Positions 40,023 through 50,771 are shown, counted from the first letter of the stretch. The stretch: DNA of 64,000 nucleotides from Candidatus Altimarinota bacterium (GCA_963677745.1 OY782391.1:448001-512000); one strand, 5' to 3'. Made by a program: numbers and translations. The notes: generated by a model not told the origin, from the sequence alone.

Positions 40023-40709
40023 ATGAAAGCAATACGCTTTGATCTTATTACCATTTTCCCCCAGATTTTTGAATCATATTTCCGCGAAGGAATGATTCGC
40101 AAAGGTTTGGAGCAGAAAATTCTGGAAATTCATGTCCATAATCTGCGCGACTATACAAATGACAAATGGGGAAAGGTGGATGACATCCCCTACGGCGGAG
40201 GGGCCGGCATGGTTATGACTCCCCAACCGCTTTATGACGCGGTCACGGCCCTCCGCCGTAAAAATTGCGGCCCGGTGGTGTATCTGAGCCCGAAAGGAGA
40301 TACTTTGACCCATACCCGTGCCGTTAAAATCGCCGGAGAGCTGGTTGAAATGAAACCGGGCCGTGGCAAAAAGGCGGGAATGATACTTATTTGCGGACGC
40401 TATGAGGGCATAGACCAGCGTGTCCTGGATCTGTGCGTGGACCGGGAAATATCCATCGGTAAATATGTGCTGACCGGAGGAGAACTGCCGGCCATGGTAC
40501 TGATCGACGCCGTTTCCAGATTTATCCCGGGCATCCTGGGGGACGAAAACTCCCACCTGGAAGATACATTCTCACGAAAACTGGGCGGCAAAAAAGAATA
40601 CCCGCATTATACAAAACCCCGCCTCTTCAAGGGACTGTCCGTCCCCGATATACTTCTGAGCGGCCACCACGCCAATATAGAAAAATGGCGCCGCAATCAA
40701 TTAACCTAA
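40023..40709 (+). CDS. trmD: tRNA (guanine-N1)-methyltransferase TrmD
   Basis: VDDIPYGGGAGMV, CGRYEGIDQR, SIGKYVLTGGE, YPHYTKP, LLSGHH. Confidence 0.98.
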   Translation: MKAIRFDLITIFPQIFESYFREGMIRKGLEQKILEIHVHNLRDYTNDKWGKVDDIPYGGGAGMVMTPQPLYDAVTALRRKNCGPVVYLSPKGDTLTHTRAVKIAGELVEMKPGRGKKAGMILICGRYEGIDQRVLDLCVDREISIGKYVLTGGELPAMVLIDAVSRFIPGILGDENSHLEDTFSRKLGGKKEYPHYTKPRLFKGLSVPDILLSGHHANIEKWRRNQLT

Positions 40710-40720
40710 TCGCATAGAGC

Positions 40721-43561
40721 ATGAAAGAGCAACACCATTACGCTTATCAAAACATTTTTGAGACCTTTGACAGCAGTGAGCACGGACTGGACTCCAACGA
40801 AGCCGATTTCCGGCAGAAAAAATACGGACCGAATCAGCTCACCGAAAAGAAAAAGAAACTCCTGATTTTGCGTTTTCTGGAAGAATACAAAGACCCCATG
40901 ACCCTGCTGCTTCTTTGTGCCACGGTCGTTGCTTTTTTTTCGGGTGACAATACCGATGCCATCCTGATATTGATAGTGCTCATACTTAACGGAGCTATCA
41001 GTTTTATTCAAAAATACAGGGCTGAAAAAGCCATCGAAGCCCTCAAGAAAATGGTTTCCCCACAAGCCAGGGTTTTTCGTAATCGACAGCAGATACTTAT
41101 TAATACGTCGGAAATCGTCCCGGGGGACGTAATTATAGTCAATGAAGGAGACAGTGTCCCGGCAGACGCCATTGTCTTTGCTTCCAATGAACTGCAGTGT
41201 TCGGAGGCAGTCCTCACCGGAGAATCTTTTCCGGTTACAAAAACTCCTTTTGATACGGTAGAAAAAGGCAATCTGACCACGGTTGAAAATATAATTTTCA
41301 CCGGTACGACCATCGTTCGTGGCAACGGCAAAGCGCTGGTTATCAAAACGGGAATGGAAACCGAATTCGGGAAAATTGCCAATTTAACACAGGAAACCGA
41401 GAAGGATGAAACCCCTCTGGAAAAAGAAATCCACAAGATTGGAATATTTGCCGCCCAGACCACCCTGATCATTATTTCTCTGATTTTCATCTTTGAACTG
41501 CTGGTTCATCAAAGAAGCATTCTCGACAATATTGTTTTTGCAACATCCATAGCCGTGGCAGCCGTACCGGAAGGGTTGCCGGCAGTCATCACTATTGCCC
41601 TGGCCTTGGGGGTACAGCGGCTATCCAGGAAAAAAGCCGTCATCAGACAGCTTTCCTCGGTGGAAACATTGGGAGCCACCACAGTGATTTGTACGGATAA
41701 GACCGGAACGCTCACTAAAAACGAAATGACCGTAACGGAAGCTTTAATTGATGATTTTTACTTAACTTTCCAGGGTACGGGATATGCTCCAAGCGGGAAA
41801 TTCACGGTTTTCACCTCCAAGGAAGAAAAACTTGAGCTTGATCACAGCAAATTGACACCGGAATTCACCAGACAACATCTGACCCTCACCAGTTCCCTGA
41901 AATGGTTCAGCCTCTGCGCCGAACTATGCAACAATTCCGACCTGGTTTTCAAAAATAATACCTACACAATTATTGGGGATCCAACCGAGGGCGGGTTGCT
42001 GGCTATGGCCAAAAAACTTTCCTCAAACCTGGATTCCGAGTTGAAAGAAAACCTGGAATTGCTGATGGAACTGCCTTTTGATTCGGAAAGAAAAATGATG
42101 ACCAAGATTTTTTTGGATAAAAAACACAATAAATATTTTTCTTTTACAAAAGGAGCTCCCGAACAAATCATCCAGGCGTCGGATCAGAGAATGCACGGTG
42201 GAAGAATGGCCATCCTGACCAAGAGCATCAAAGAAGAATTACTCCAGACCAACGACAAACTCAGCGATGAAGCGCTGCGTACCATCGGATTGGCCTACAA
42301 AGAAATTTCCCCCTACGAAATAAACGACATTATCACCCAAAAATCCTTTGAGGAAAAACAACACCTGGTGGAAAGGAAGTTAACCTTCCTGGGTTTGGCC
42401 GGGCTGTCCGACCCGCCGCGCGAAGAAGTCAAAGAAGCAGTGGAAATGACCAAGATTGCCGGCATCAAAAGCTATATCATCACCGGCGATAATGGCTTCA
42501 CCACTGCGGCTATCGCCAAAAAAATCGGTATGATTTCGGAAAAACAGCATTATGAAATCATTACCGGCGAACAGCTGGACAAGCTTTCAGACCAGGAATT
42601 AAAAGAAAAATTTAAGAACAAGTCGCTCAACATTGTTTTCTCCCGAACCCGCCCCGAACATAAACTGCGGCTGGTTTCCCTGCTCAAAGAAAACGGCGAG
42701 GTAGTGGCGGTCACCGGCGACGGCGTAAATGACGCACCCGCCTTGAAAAGGGCGGATATCGGCGTGGCAATGGGGATAACCGGATCGGACGTCTCCAAAC
42801 AAGCCTCCAACATGGTTCTAATGGATGACAGTTTCGGCACAATCGTCACTGCGATCAATGAAGGAAGAGTAATTTATGCCAATCTTAAAAAGTTCATTTA
42901 TTATATTTTTTCCTCCAATATCGGTGAGGTATTCACCATCTTTTTCAGTCTGATTATCGGTCTGGCAGCCCCTATTTCAGCCATCCTGATCCTGACTGTA
43001 AATCTTGTCACGGATCTCCTGCCGGCCCTGGCCCTGGGCGTGGAACCGGCGGAAAAAGACATTATGAAACAACCTCCCAGAAACCCGCATGACAAGATCA
43101 TGAACCGCAGTTTCATTAAAAGAATTTTGATCACCGGATCGCTGATTGGAACAATCATTCTGGCACTTTATGCCTACCGGCTGTTTCTCGGCGGATGGAC
43201 CTATGGCAGCCCGGTTCCCGATCAACTGCTGGAGGAAGCTTACAGCGTTACCTTCATTGCCATGGTAACGTTGCAGGTCACCAATTCATTCAATGCCAAA
43301 ACCAAAAACACCTCTATTTTCCGGATTAATCCGTTCAACAACTGGAAACTGATCTGGGCCAATCTTTCCTCCGTCCTGATAGCAGTGGCAATTATCGAAA
43401 TACCCTTTCTACAGACCATTTTTCACACCCGTTCATTAAGTTTGAATGAATGGCTGCTCATTTTGGCCGGATGCGCGGCTCTCACGGTCATCACCGAAAT
43501 TATCAAATTATTCAGCAGAAAAGATCTATCACCCCTGCAACCCGATGCTTCAAAAACTTAA
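40721..43561 (+). CDS. Cation-transporting P-type ATPase (type IIA, Ca2+-like)
   Basis: LTGES, PEGLP, DKTGT, KGAPE, TGD, GDGVNDAPALK, NLVTD. Confidence 0.95.
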   Translation: MKEQHHYAYQNIFETFDSSEHGLDSNEADFRQKKYGPNQLTEKKKKLLILRFLEEYKDPMTLLLLCATVVAFFSGDNTDAILILIVLILNGAISFIQKYRAEKAIEALKKMVSPQARVFRNRQQILINTSEIVPGDVIIVNEGDSVPADAIVFASNELQCSEAVLTGESFPVTKTPFDTVEKGNLTTVENIIFTGTTIVRGNGKALVIKTGMETEFGKIANLTQETEKDETPLEKEIHKIGIFAAQTTLIIISLIFIFELLVHQRSILDNIVFATSIAVAAVPEGLPAVITIALALGVQRLSRKKAVIRQLSSVETLGATTVICTDKTGTLTKNEMTVTEALIDDFYLTFQGTGYAPSGKFTVFTSKEEKLELDHSKLTPEFTRQHLTLTSSLKWFSLCAELCNNSDLVFKNNTYTIIGDPTEGGLLAMAKKLSSNLDSELKENLELLMELPFDSERKMMTKIFLDKKHNKYFSFTKGAPEQIIQASDQRMHGGRMAILTKSIKEELLQTNDKLSDEALRTIGLAYKEISPYEINDIITQKSFEEKQHLVERKLTFLGLAGLSDPPREEVKEAVEMTKIAGIKSYIITGDNGFTTAAIAKKIGMISEKQHYEIITGEQLDKLSDQELKEKFKNKSLNIVFSRTRPEHKLRLVSLLKENGEVVAVTGDGVNDAPALKRADIGVAMGITGSDVSKQASNMVLMDDSFGTIVTAINEGRVIYANLKKFIYYIFSSNIGEVFTIFFSLIIGLAAPISAILILTVNLVTDLLPALALGVEPAEKDIMKQPPRNPHDKIMNRSFIKRILITGSLIGTIILALYAYRLFLGGWTYGSPVPDQLLEEAYSVTFIAMVTLQVTNSFNAKTKNTSIFRINPFNNWKLIWANLSSVLIAVAIIEIPFLQTIFHTRSLSLNEWLLILAGCAALTVITEIIKLFSRKDLSPLQPDASKT

Positions 43562-43835
43562 AACCCTGCTGGCAACACGTGGCCGGTTCAGGCTGTCTGT
43601 CCATGTAACCCCCAAAAGCCGGCAAAATCAGCTTGGCCAGGTGGAAATCAGCTCGGATCATCAAATCAGTGTTAAAGTGAAAATTACCGGAGTGCCCGAA
43701 AAAGGACAGGTCAATGAAAATCTGCTCCGCTTTCTGTCCAAAAACCTTGATCTGCCCCAATCTTCGTTAAAGATCATTTCCGGTTTCACCAGCCGTCACA
43801 AAATCATAGAAATCTCCACCAATGCTCTACTATAA
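43545..43835 (+). CDS. DUF167/YggU family protein
   Basis: VHVTPKSRQN, VKITGVPEKGQVNENL, IISGFTSRHK; ATG 43545. Confidence 0.85.
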   Translation: MLQKLKTLLATRGRFRLSVHVTPKSRQNQLGQVEISSDHQISVKVKITGVPEKGQVNENLLRFLSKNLDLPQSSLKIISGFTSRHKIIEISTNALL

Positions 43836-44649
43836 CCTGGGAGAATTACAGGATCTGCTCCGGAAAACCGGACTTTACACCGAGAAAAAACTGGGACAGA
43901 ATTTCCTGTTCAATCCGCAGGTAATACAAAAAATCATCCAAACGGCGGATCTGCAGGCGGACGATCAGGTGATAGAAATCGGACCGGGACTGGGCATCCT
44001 GACCATGGAAATACTGCCCAAAGTCAAAAAGCTCATTTCCGTGGAAAAAGATCAAAAACTGATTCCCTACCTGCAGGATTTATTTCATAAATATCCGGAT
44101 TTCCTGCTGGTCCAACAGGACGTTCTTGACTACCCGCCTCCCGCGGGACCCTACAAAATCGTCGCCAACATACCTTATTACATCACCTCGCCGATTATTA
44201 ACCACTTTCTGCAGGTCGACCAGTCCCGCCGCCCTGACAGTCTGACTATACTCACCCAGCTGGAAGTGGCTCAGAAAATCTGTTCCAAACCCGGCGATCA
44301 TTCCGTGTTAAGTCTGCAAACACAGCTCTACACCGAGCCAAAAATCATTGACCGGATCAGCCCCTACAATTTTTATCCCACTCCCAAAGTCCAGTCAGCC
44401 ATTCTGCACCTAAAGACACTGCCGCGGCCGCGCCTGCAGCGCGACCGCGAATTTCTGGAAATAATCAAAAAAGCCTTCAGTCAAAAACGGAAAAATCTTT
44501 CCAACGCCCTCCAGGGATTCCATAATCTAAGCAAAGAAGACCTAAGCCTGCTACTGCAAAAAGCCGGACTGGAGCCGGGTGCCCGTGCGCAGCAACTGGA
44601 CTTCCAGGATTGGGACAGGCTGCTCGATCTGATTTTTGGCAGAGTCTGA
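43822..44649 (+). CDS. rsmA: 16S rRNA m6,2A dimethyltransferase RsmA/KsgA
   Basis: KKLGQNFL, IEIGPGLGILT, VANIPYYITSP, FYPTPKVQSA, AFSQKRK. Confidence 0.97.
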   Translation: MLYYNLGELQDLLRKTGLYTEKKLGQNFLFNPQVIQKIIQTADLQADDQVIEIGPGLGILTMEILPKVKKLISVEKDQKLIPYLQDLFHKYPDFLLVQQDVLDYPPPAGPYKIVANIPYYITSPIINHFLQVDQSRRPDSLTILTQLEVAQKICSKPGDHSVLSLQTQLYTEPKIIDRISPYNFYPTPKVQSAILHLKTLPRPRLQRDREFLEIIKKAFSQKRKNLSNALQGFHNLSKEDLSLLLQKAGLEPGARAQQLDFQDWDRLLDLIFGRV

Positions 44650-44655
44650 TCCTCC

Positions 44656-47600
44656 CTAAAACTGGGATAACTGAATGGATTTTTTCAGACTGGCCAACTC
44701 CTGCAAATCTTCACTTCGCTCCGATTCGGAAAGACCGGACATCTTGTTAACAACCGACTTCAGATCCGTCCTGACCTGGTTTTTATATTTTTCCAGCTGA
44801 GCCTGTTCCCGGTCAAAAAGCTCTTTCACCTGATCAACATCCTGACAAAGGTTCCCCTGCTGTAATTTCTCGGCAAGCCCGATTCTTCTCCACAAAGCCC
44901 CTTCCAGGGACTGCTCCAGATCAACGCCGTATAAAAACTTGCCGTGTTGCTGTTCCAATTCCTTTATTTCAGCCTCACGGAAATAATATTCATATTTGGA
45001 TCTCCAGATAAAAAAGTTTTTCAACACCTCCAGGGAAGACTGCCAGGCCAAGTCACGGTCTTCAAACAAAGTACGGACAATCTTCTTCCCTTCCATTCGC
45101 ATTCCGACATATACGAATAAATTCACCTGCCCGTCCTTTTTAAACAAACTGGCACCCACCTCTTTCCGCGACAACAGATCGGGCAAATAATGCCAGATTT
45201 CTTCAAACTTGATATTGCGGACCTCTTCCTCCCGCCTTAACTTCTTTAAATTCTTGCGTAAATGCCACCTGTCCACCTCTGTCTTAATCTCTTCCAGGCT
45301 TTTCCCTTCAGCCATACTGATGGTCCCCGGCCCGGAATTTACCACAAAATACGGATCAAGTTTTTCATATGATTTCAGATTGGCAGCGACCACCTGATCG
45401 TCCAGCCCCAACAAATCTTCAACCGACAGAACCACCACCGGCCCGCTGGGAAAACGATGATCGTCATAATGATAATCCACTTTATACTTTTTACCGGCCA
45501 GATAGATTTCCTCGGGAAACAATTTCCGGATTTTTTCGCGATCCCCGGCTGAAACGACTTCTTCCCAATTGATTTTCAAATAATCCCGCCCCCGTTCCGA
45601 CAACAGATTATCCAGAGCCTCCAGGGAAGTGACCGGCCGGCCGGCTTTATTGATTTTTTCCCAATACCAATCGCCTAAAACCTTGGTGGTAAAAACCCAT
45701 TCTTCCCGCGACAGCTTGGCGGCGTATACTTTAAGTTTGGCGATTGTCCGGTCGTTTTCTTCAATCCAGCTGTATTTCCAGGCCAGCTGTTTCTTAACCA
45801 GTCCCTCCGCTATCAGATAATCCTGGGCCTGCTCCTTATTTTCCTGGGCCAGCTCAACTATACGATCTTTGACTATCCGGTTCCCCCGAAACAGCACCTC
45901 TTCCTCCTGTACCGCCTTGCCGGTTTTTCTGTCAAACCAGACCGGTCCCCTCCTGTATTTACAAAGTTGCGGGGCTATTTCTTCCAGCCAGCGCGGATCA
46001 ATGACTGTATTGTTACGGGCAAACAAACGGGTTGTTTCGACAATTTCCGCCGACACGAAATAATGCGGTGAAATCGTAAACAAAGCCGATCCCGGGTGAA
46101 TAAAAACATTTTCGGTGCTGCGCATCCGATAGGTCTGTTTGCCTGTGGATTCGCAAAGATTTTGAATAAAACCGGAAGAAATTGATTTTAGAATCCCCTC
46201 TTTATTGGAAAGATCGACCGACAAATCGGACTGTTCAGGTTTGACCAGATAGCGGGAAAATTCGTCCTTGGCAAAAATATTCAGGGTGTCCAGCAACTGC
46301 CGGTAAATCTGGGCAATTTCCTTGAATACCAGATAATTCAGATAATTGGACTGGCAAAACAATTCACGTTCCTCTTCAGTCTTGATGATTTGCAGGCGGT
46401 TCCAGATCACCAGAAAAACCATTAAATCCGAAACCATCTCCAAACCGGTAAAAGACCTGTCAATCACCCTTTTGGTAAAGACCCTCCTCCCCCGGCGCAA
46501 ACGAAGTGTCTTGTATCTGGGCCCGCCGTTTTGTGCCATCCTCTGGAAATTCCTCTTGGCCCGGTCAGCCTCATCCTCCTCGCCAATCGGCCGCAAGAAA
46601 GGATCTTTCACGGAAAGTGATGAAGCAATGATGGCAACTTCATTTACGCAATGATATCGCTCGGCTGCCAGTAACATTGCTGAAATCCTCGGTTCCAACG
46701 GGAGATGGGCCATCTTCACGCCCAGTTCGGTCAGATTCTGCCGCTCATCCAAAGCCCCCAGTTCGATCAGATTGGCAATGGCATTGCGGAAAGCTTTGGG
46801 CTCGGGAGCATCGATAAAACTGAAACCCGTCAGATCATTTATTCCAATCAACAGCATATGCAAAACCACCGAAGACAGATCCGACCTCTGTATTTCCGGC
46901 TTGGTATATTTTTCCCTGTTTTCAAAATCCCTCTTGGAATACAAACGCAGACAAGTCCCTGCCTGAACGCGGCCGGCTCTGCCGGCCCGCTGAATAGCCG
47001 AGGCTTGGGAGATCGGCACAACCTCCAGACTGCCGATGCCCGTCCGAAAATTAAAATCGGTCATCCTGGCCAGACCGCAGTCAATTACGTATTTTATTTT
47101 GGGCACCGTCAGGGATGTCTCCGCGATATTGGTGGCCACCACGATCTTCATTTTTCCGGGATACTCATTATAGATCAGTTCCTGCTCGTCCATGGAAAGC
47201 CGGGAATAAAGAGGCAGACAAATTACATTGCCTTTCCCCAGTAATTCAATTTCCCGGATAGTATGAAAAATCTCCGCTTCACCGGGCAAAAAAGCCAGCA
47301 CATCCCCGCGCTCCGGTCCCTCGGCAATTTTCCGGATCAACTGGGCAATTTTTATATATACATCATCATCAAACTTGACCGGTTCATAAATTACGTCAAC
47401 CGGATAGAGACGTCCCGACACGTTGACTATGGGAATGGGCCGGGGATTGCCCATTTTATCCGAATTCAAACCGGCAAAAAAACCGGCAAACTTGGAAGCA
47501 TCAAAAGTGGCCGACGTCACCAGAATCTTCAATTCCGGCAAACCACCTGCCTTCCTCTTAATCTGAATATCGTTCAGTAATCCGATCAGAAAATCTATGT

Positions 47601-48033
47601 TTAAATTACGCTCATGAGCCTCGTCCACCAGAATGGCATCGTATCGGGCCAGCAAACCATCACCTTTCATCTCCTGCAGCAAAATACCATCCGTACAAAT
47701 TCGGATCAGGGTGCCGGCGGTCGTTTCATCATCAAAACGTATTTTATAACCAACTTCTTTTCCCAGTTCCACCTCCATTTCATGGGCAATCCACGAAGCT
47801 ATCGATACCGCCGCCAACCTCCGGGGCTGGGTGCAGGCAATTTTAAACTGTCCCAGGGTCGGATCTGTTTTTGCCACATTGGACAATGCCTCCAGTATCA
47901 TTTTGGGGATCTGGGTAGACTTTCCTGAACCTGTTTCACCTACCACAATCACTACCTGATTTTCCTCGATCGCCTTTACAATCTCCCCCCTGTGTGCCGT
48001 AATAGGCAGAATCTCCGGATAATTTAAACGCAT
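44656..48033 (-). CDS. hrpA: HrpA-like DEAH-box RNA helicase
   Basis: GETGSGKST, TQPRRLAA, DEAHER, SAT, TNIAETSLT, QRAGRAGR, then HA2 and OB regions; divergent C-terminus. Confidence 0.9.
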   Translation of the reverse strand: MRLNYPEILPITAHRGEIVKAIEENQVVIVVGETGSGKSTQIPKMILEALSNVAKTDPTLGQFKIACTQPRRLAAVSIASWIAHEMEVELGKEVGYKIRFDDETTAGTLIRICTDGILLQEMKGDGLLARYDAILVDEAHERNLNIDFLIGLLNDIQIKRKAGGLPELKILVTSATFDASKFAGFFAGLNSDKMGNPRPIPIVNVSGRLYPVDVIYEPVKFDDDVYIKIAQLIRKIAEGPERGDVLAFLPGEAEIFHTIREIELLGKGNVICLPLYSRLSMDEQELIYNEYPGKMKIVVATNIAETSLTVPKIKYVIDCGLARMTDFNFRTGIGSLEVVPISQASAIQRAGRAGRVQAGTCLRLYSKRDFENREKYTKPEIQRSDLSSVVLHMLLIGINDLTGFSFIDAPEPKAFRNAIANLIELGALDERQNLTELGVKMAHLPLEPRISAMLLAAERYHCVNEVAIIASSLSVKDPFLRPIGEEDEADRAKRNFQRMAQNGGPRYKTLRLRRGRRVFTKRVIDRSFTGLEMVSDLMVFLVIWNRLQIIKTEEERELFCQSNYLNYLVFKEIAQIYRQLLDTLNIFAKDEFSRYLVKPEQSDLSVDLSNKEGILKSISSGFIQNLCESTGKQTYRMRSTENVFIHPGSALFTISPHYFVSAEIVETTRLFARNNTVIDPRWLEEIAPQLCKYRRGPVWFDRKTGKAVQEEEVLFRGNRIVKDRIVELAQENKEQAQDYLIAEGLVKKQLAWKYSWIEENDRTIAKLKVYAAKLSREEWVFTTKVLGDWYWEKINKAGRPVTSLEALDNLLSERGRDYLKINWEEVVSAGDREKIRKLFPEEIYLAGKKYKVDYHYDDHRFPSGPVVVLSVEDLLGLDDQVVAANLKSYEKLDPYFVVNSGPGTISMAEGKSLEEIKTEVDRWHLRKNLKKLRREEEVRNIKFEEIWHYLPDLLSRKEVGASLFKKDGQVNLFVYVGMRMEGKKIVRTLFEDRDLAWQSSLEVLKNFFIWRSKYEYYFREAEIKELEQQHGKFLYGVDLEQSLEGALWRRIGLAEKLQQGNLCQDVDQVKELFDREQAQLEKYKNQVRTDLKSVVNKMSGLSESERSEDLQELASLKKSIQLSQF

Positions 48034-48104
48034 CAATTTGTCTTATCAACTAAAAGTATTTTATATTAGTAGAAACAAATTCACCAGAAATAAGAAAACA
48101 TCCC

Positions 48105-49352
48105 ATGAAAGAAGATCTTAAAAATTTCCTGGAAGAACAAAAGTGGTTCCTCTACAAAAATTACCGGGATTATTTACCCGAGCTCGAGAATCAGGTCAGC
48201 TCCGGTCTGGGCAAACACAATATCAATCAAATCCATTTTCCCCATCAATGGTCGGCCGGCCGCAAACCGGTTCCGCAAAATTTTCTGGTAATGGATCTGG
48301 GCGGCATGTATCTGCGGCTCTACCTCTGCCAAATCAATGCGAAAGGCAAACTGACCGTTTCAGATCAATATAAAAAACCCTTTTACGAAGATAAGATCTA
48401 TACGCCCGAAATATTCTTTGCCGATTTAAAAAGACATCTGGACCTGTTTTCACATGACCTGACTTCCCTTCCCCGGACACTGATTTTTTCATTTGGTAAC
48501 GCCCTCCATCCCCATTTCCGCAAAAACGGGGTACTGGATGGCAAAATCCTCTATTGGGGGAAAAATCATCAACAAAGGGGAATGATTGAACTGGAGTTGG
48601 GACAGGAACTGGAAAAATTTCTTGGACAACGGGGCTATCCGGGACAGACCGTTTATGTCATTAACGACAGTTCCCTGGCTCTGCTCTCCACCGCTTTCGC
48701 CGCAAAACCTTTGCCAATCATCAACCTGGTTGCCGGAAGCGGCACCAATATCAGCGTCGGTTATGACACCGTACATGGTTTTAAGCTGTTCAATCTGGAA
48801 TTTGGTAACTTCGATTTCTTTCCATACTGCAGCCTCGACGACCGGCTAAATCACAAAAGCCGCATACCCAACAAATTCAGAACCGAAAAACTCTTTGCCG
48901 GAGCCTGGCAACACCATCTCTTTCGCATAGTTCTGGAAAAAGCCGTCATCAACGGGGTTATTCCCGACCAAAAAGCTTTCGCCCAATTCGAGACCATGTC
49001 CGCCGGTCAACTGGAAGAATTTTTCCACCAGAAGAAAACCATCAGCCATTTCCCGGAGTTACGGGACCTCTGGACGGCAATTACTGAAAGAGGGGCTTTT
49101 GTTTGCGCACAGGCCGTCTACAGCATCATCGTCAATCTTAAAAACAATCATCTGGCCAAAGAAAAGGTGATTGTCTCGGAAATCGGAGCAATGCTTGAAC
49201 ATAGTGTATTTTTCCGCAAAACTTTCGAAAAAGAGCTCAAAAATCTGGTTTGCCAAACAGCCAATCTGGAAGGAGTCAGGATAAAGACCACCCTGATTGA
49301 CAAAACCATCTGTCCGGGTGCCCAAAAACTGCTTGAACTTTGCGGGAAATAA
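48105..49352 (+). CDS. Eukaryote-type hexokinase-family protein (divergent)
   Basis: FLVMDLGG, FSF, WGK, INDS, VAGSGTN, NLEFGNF and EKLFAG occur in the same order as the hexokinase motifs DLGGTN, FTFSFP, WTK, NDT, GTGxN, NxEWGxF and EKMxSG. Confidence 0.8.
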   Translation: MKEDLKNFLEEQKWFLYKNYRDYLPELENQVSSGLGKHNINQIHFPHQWSAGRKPVPQNFLVMDLGGMYLRLYLCQINAKGKLTVSDQYKKPFYEDKIYTPEIFFADLKRHLDLFSHDLTSLPRTLIFSFGNALHPHFRKNGVLDGKILYWGKNHQQRGMIELELGQELEKFLGQRGYPGQTVYVINDSSLALLSTAFAAKPLPIINLVAGSGTNISVGYDTVHGFKLFNLEFGNFDFFPYCSLDDRLNHKSRIPNKFRTEKLFAGAWQHHLFRIVLEKAVINGVIPDQKAFAQFETMSAGQLEEFFHQKKTISHFPELRDLWTAITERGAFVCAQAVYSIIVNLKNNHLAKEKVIVSEIGAMLEHSVFFRKTFEKELKNLVCQTANLEGVRIKTTLIDKTICPGAQKLLELCGK

Positions 49353-49460
49353 ATAAGACTGTCTTCACTTCCAGAACGCCCTGCCAACATGGTAAAACGG
49401 GGGTTTTTGTGTTATAATATGGCGATCTAAACATATCTGGAGCAGATCTCCAAAAATCAC

Positions 49461-50771
49461 ATGGGTTTCGAAGGCAGACCAACCGGGTTTATCAGCGAAA
49501 ACAAAGGCTCAGCGCCCAAAGACACAACTGCGCCCGAAGGTCGGGAAAAAAAGGAGACCGGTTCTGCTCTGGAAGAACTGATTAAACAAGCCAACACACT
49601 GGGAAGAGAAGGCCGTGACGCGGCACTAAAAACACTCAGTGAGCAGCTGGCCGGCTGCAAAGACCAGCTTGATCCGGCCATCCGGGAAAAAATTTTTAAC
49701 CCCGACGGAAGCCCCAATCTTTCACGAGCCTGCGGGCAACTGGGTTACGGCCCAAGGTTCAACAATCATCTGACCACGGACGGCAGGGTAAAACCAATCG
49801 AAGAAGTCCCCAAAGAAAAAGACGAGGAAGAAACTTCCGGTCAAAAAGACCTTCCCGACCGTCCCCGCAACGCACCGACCGGTACACAGCTGTTTGAATC
49901 CTGGGGCTTAAACAGGGATGTTAACAGCTTCCCCGACGAACTGGCGGACAAGATCATTGCCGAGATCGAAAAAGGTAATGTGCCCGATTCTGTACGCAAC
50001 ATGAGTACCATTTCCATGCGTGGAACAAATGGAGTGAAAATATCCTTCCGGACCTCCAACGGTTACCTGGCCGTGGGCTCCAATGAAGATAATATTCGAG
50101 TTCCCCTTTCCGGCCCCATGGCCAAAAGGATTGCCGATCATTTCGGATGGGCACTTCCCACCGCCGATATGGCCATGGAAACAGACAGAAAAGCTAACCT
50201 TCAACTGGTGGTCGGTGGAGAACAGGACATCAGTCGTATGGCGGACCTGGAATGGTCGGTTAGACATAATAAAAAAGCCAAACAGAAACTGGATAAATAT
50301 CTCTCGGACTATAACGAAAAAGCCAGACAAGAAAACCGTCCCACCATCACCGCGGCCGATCTGTCCAAAATGCTGATCAGAGGAGAGAAAAAGAACATCT
50401 TTATCGGCCGCGGAGCCACTAAAAACAACGGAGGCGTGGGAATAGGCGGACTTCTGGACGGCAGGGGTAATCCCATTCAGCCATATCAATACCCTCATGC
50501 CGGGGAGATTGACATAAACAAAAGGTCTGGAGGGCATTGTGATTATTCTCAGGATATTGCCCGCATTGACCAGACGATTGAAATTGCCGAAACCGACGGC
50601 ACCGTTAAAAGAATGCGTCTCTATGATGCCCTCAGAAACCCCCGTTATGCAGCCGTTTTGAATGCTTCGGATTATGACGCCAACAACAATCACACCTTTG
50701 ACGCCGACCTTGCCTATACCAGCCCCGAGGAAAAAGCGAGAATCCTGGAGCAAAGAAAACGCCGGAACTGA
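49461..50771 (+). CDS. Hypothetical protein: low-complexity N-terminus plus conserved-looking uncharacterised domain
   Basis: 436-aa ORF with own TGTGTTATAAT promoter (about 49408-49418); motifs YLAVGS, LPT, HN, GEKK, PIQP..H, DYS. Confidence 0.8.
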   Translation: MGFEGRPTGFISENKGSAPKDTTAPEGREKKETGSALEELIKQANTLGREGRDAALKTLSEQLAGCKDQLDPAIREKIFNPDGSPNLSRACGQLGYGPRFNNHLTTDGRVKPIEEVPKEKDEEETSGQKDLPDRPRNAPTGTQLFESWGLNRDVNSFPDELADKIIAEIEKGNVPDSVRNMSTISMRGTNGVKISFRTSNGYLAVGSNEDNIRVPLSGPMAKRIADHFGWALPTADMAMETDRKANLQLVVGGEQDISRMADLEWSVRHNKKAKQKLDKYLSDYNEKARQENRPTITAADLSKMLIRGEKKNIFIGRGATKNNGGVGIGGLLDGRGNPIQPYQYPHAGEIDINKRSGGHCDYSQDIARIDQTIEIAETDGTVKRMRLYDALRNPRYAAVLNASDYDANNNHTFDADLAYTSPEEKARILEQRKRRN

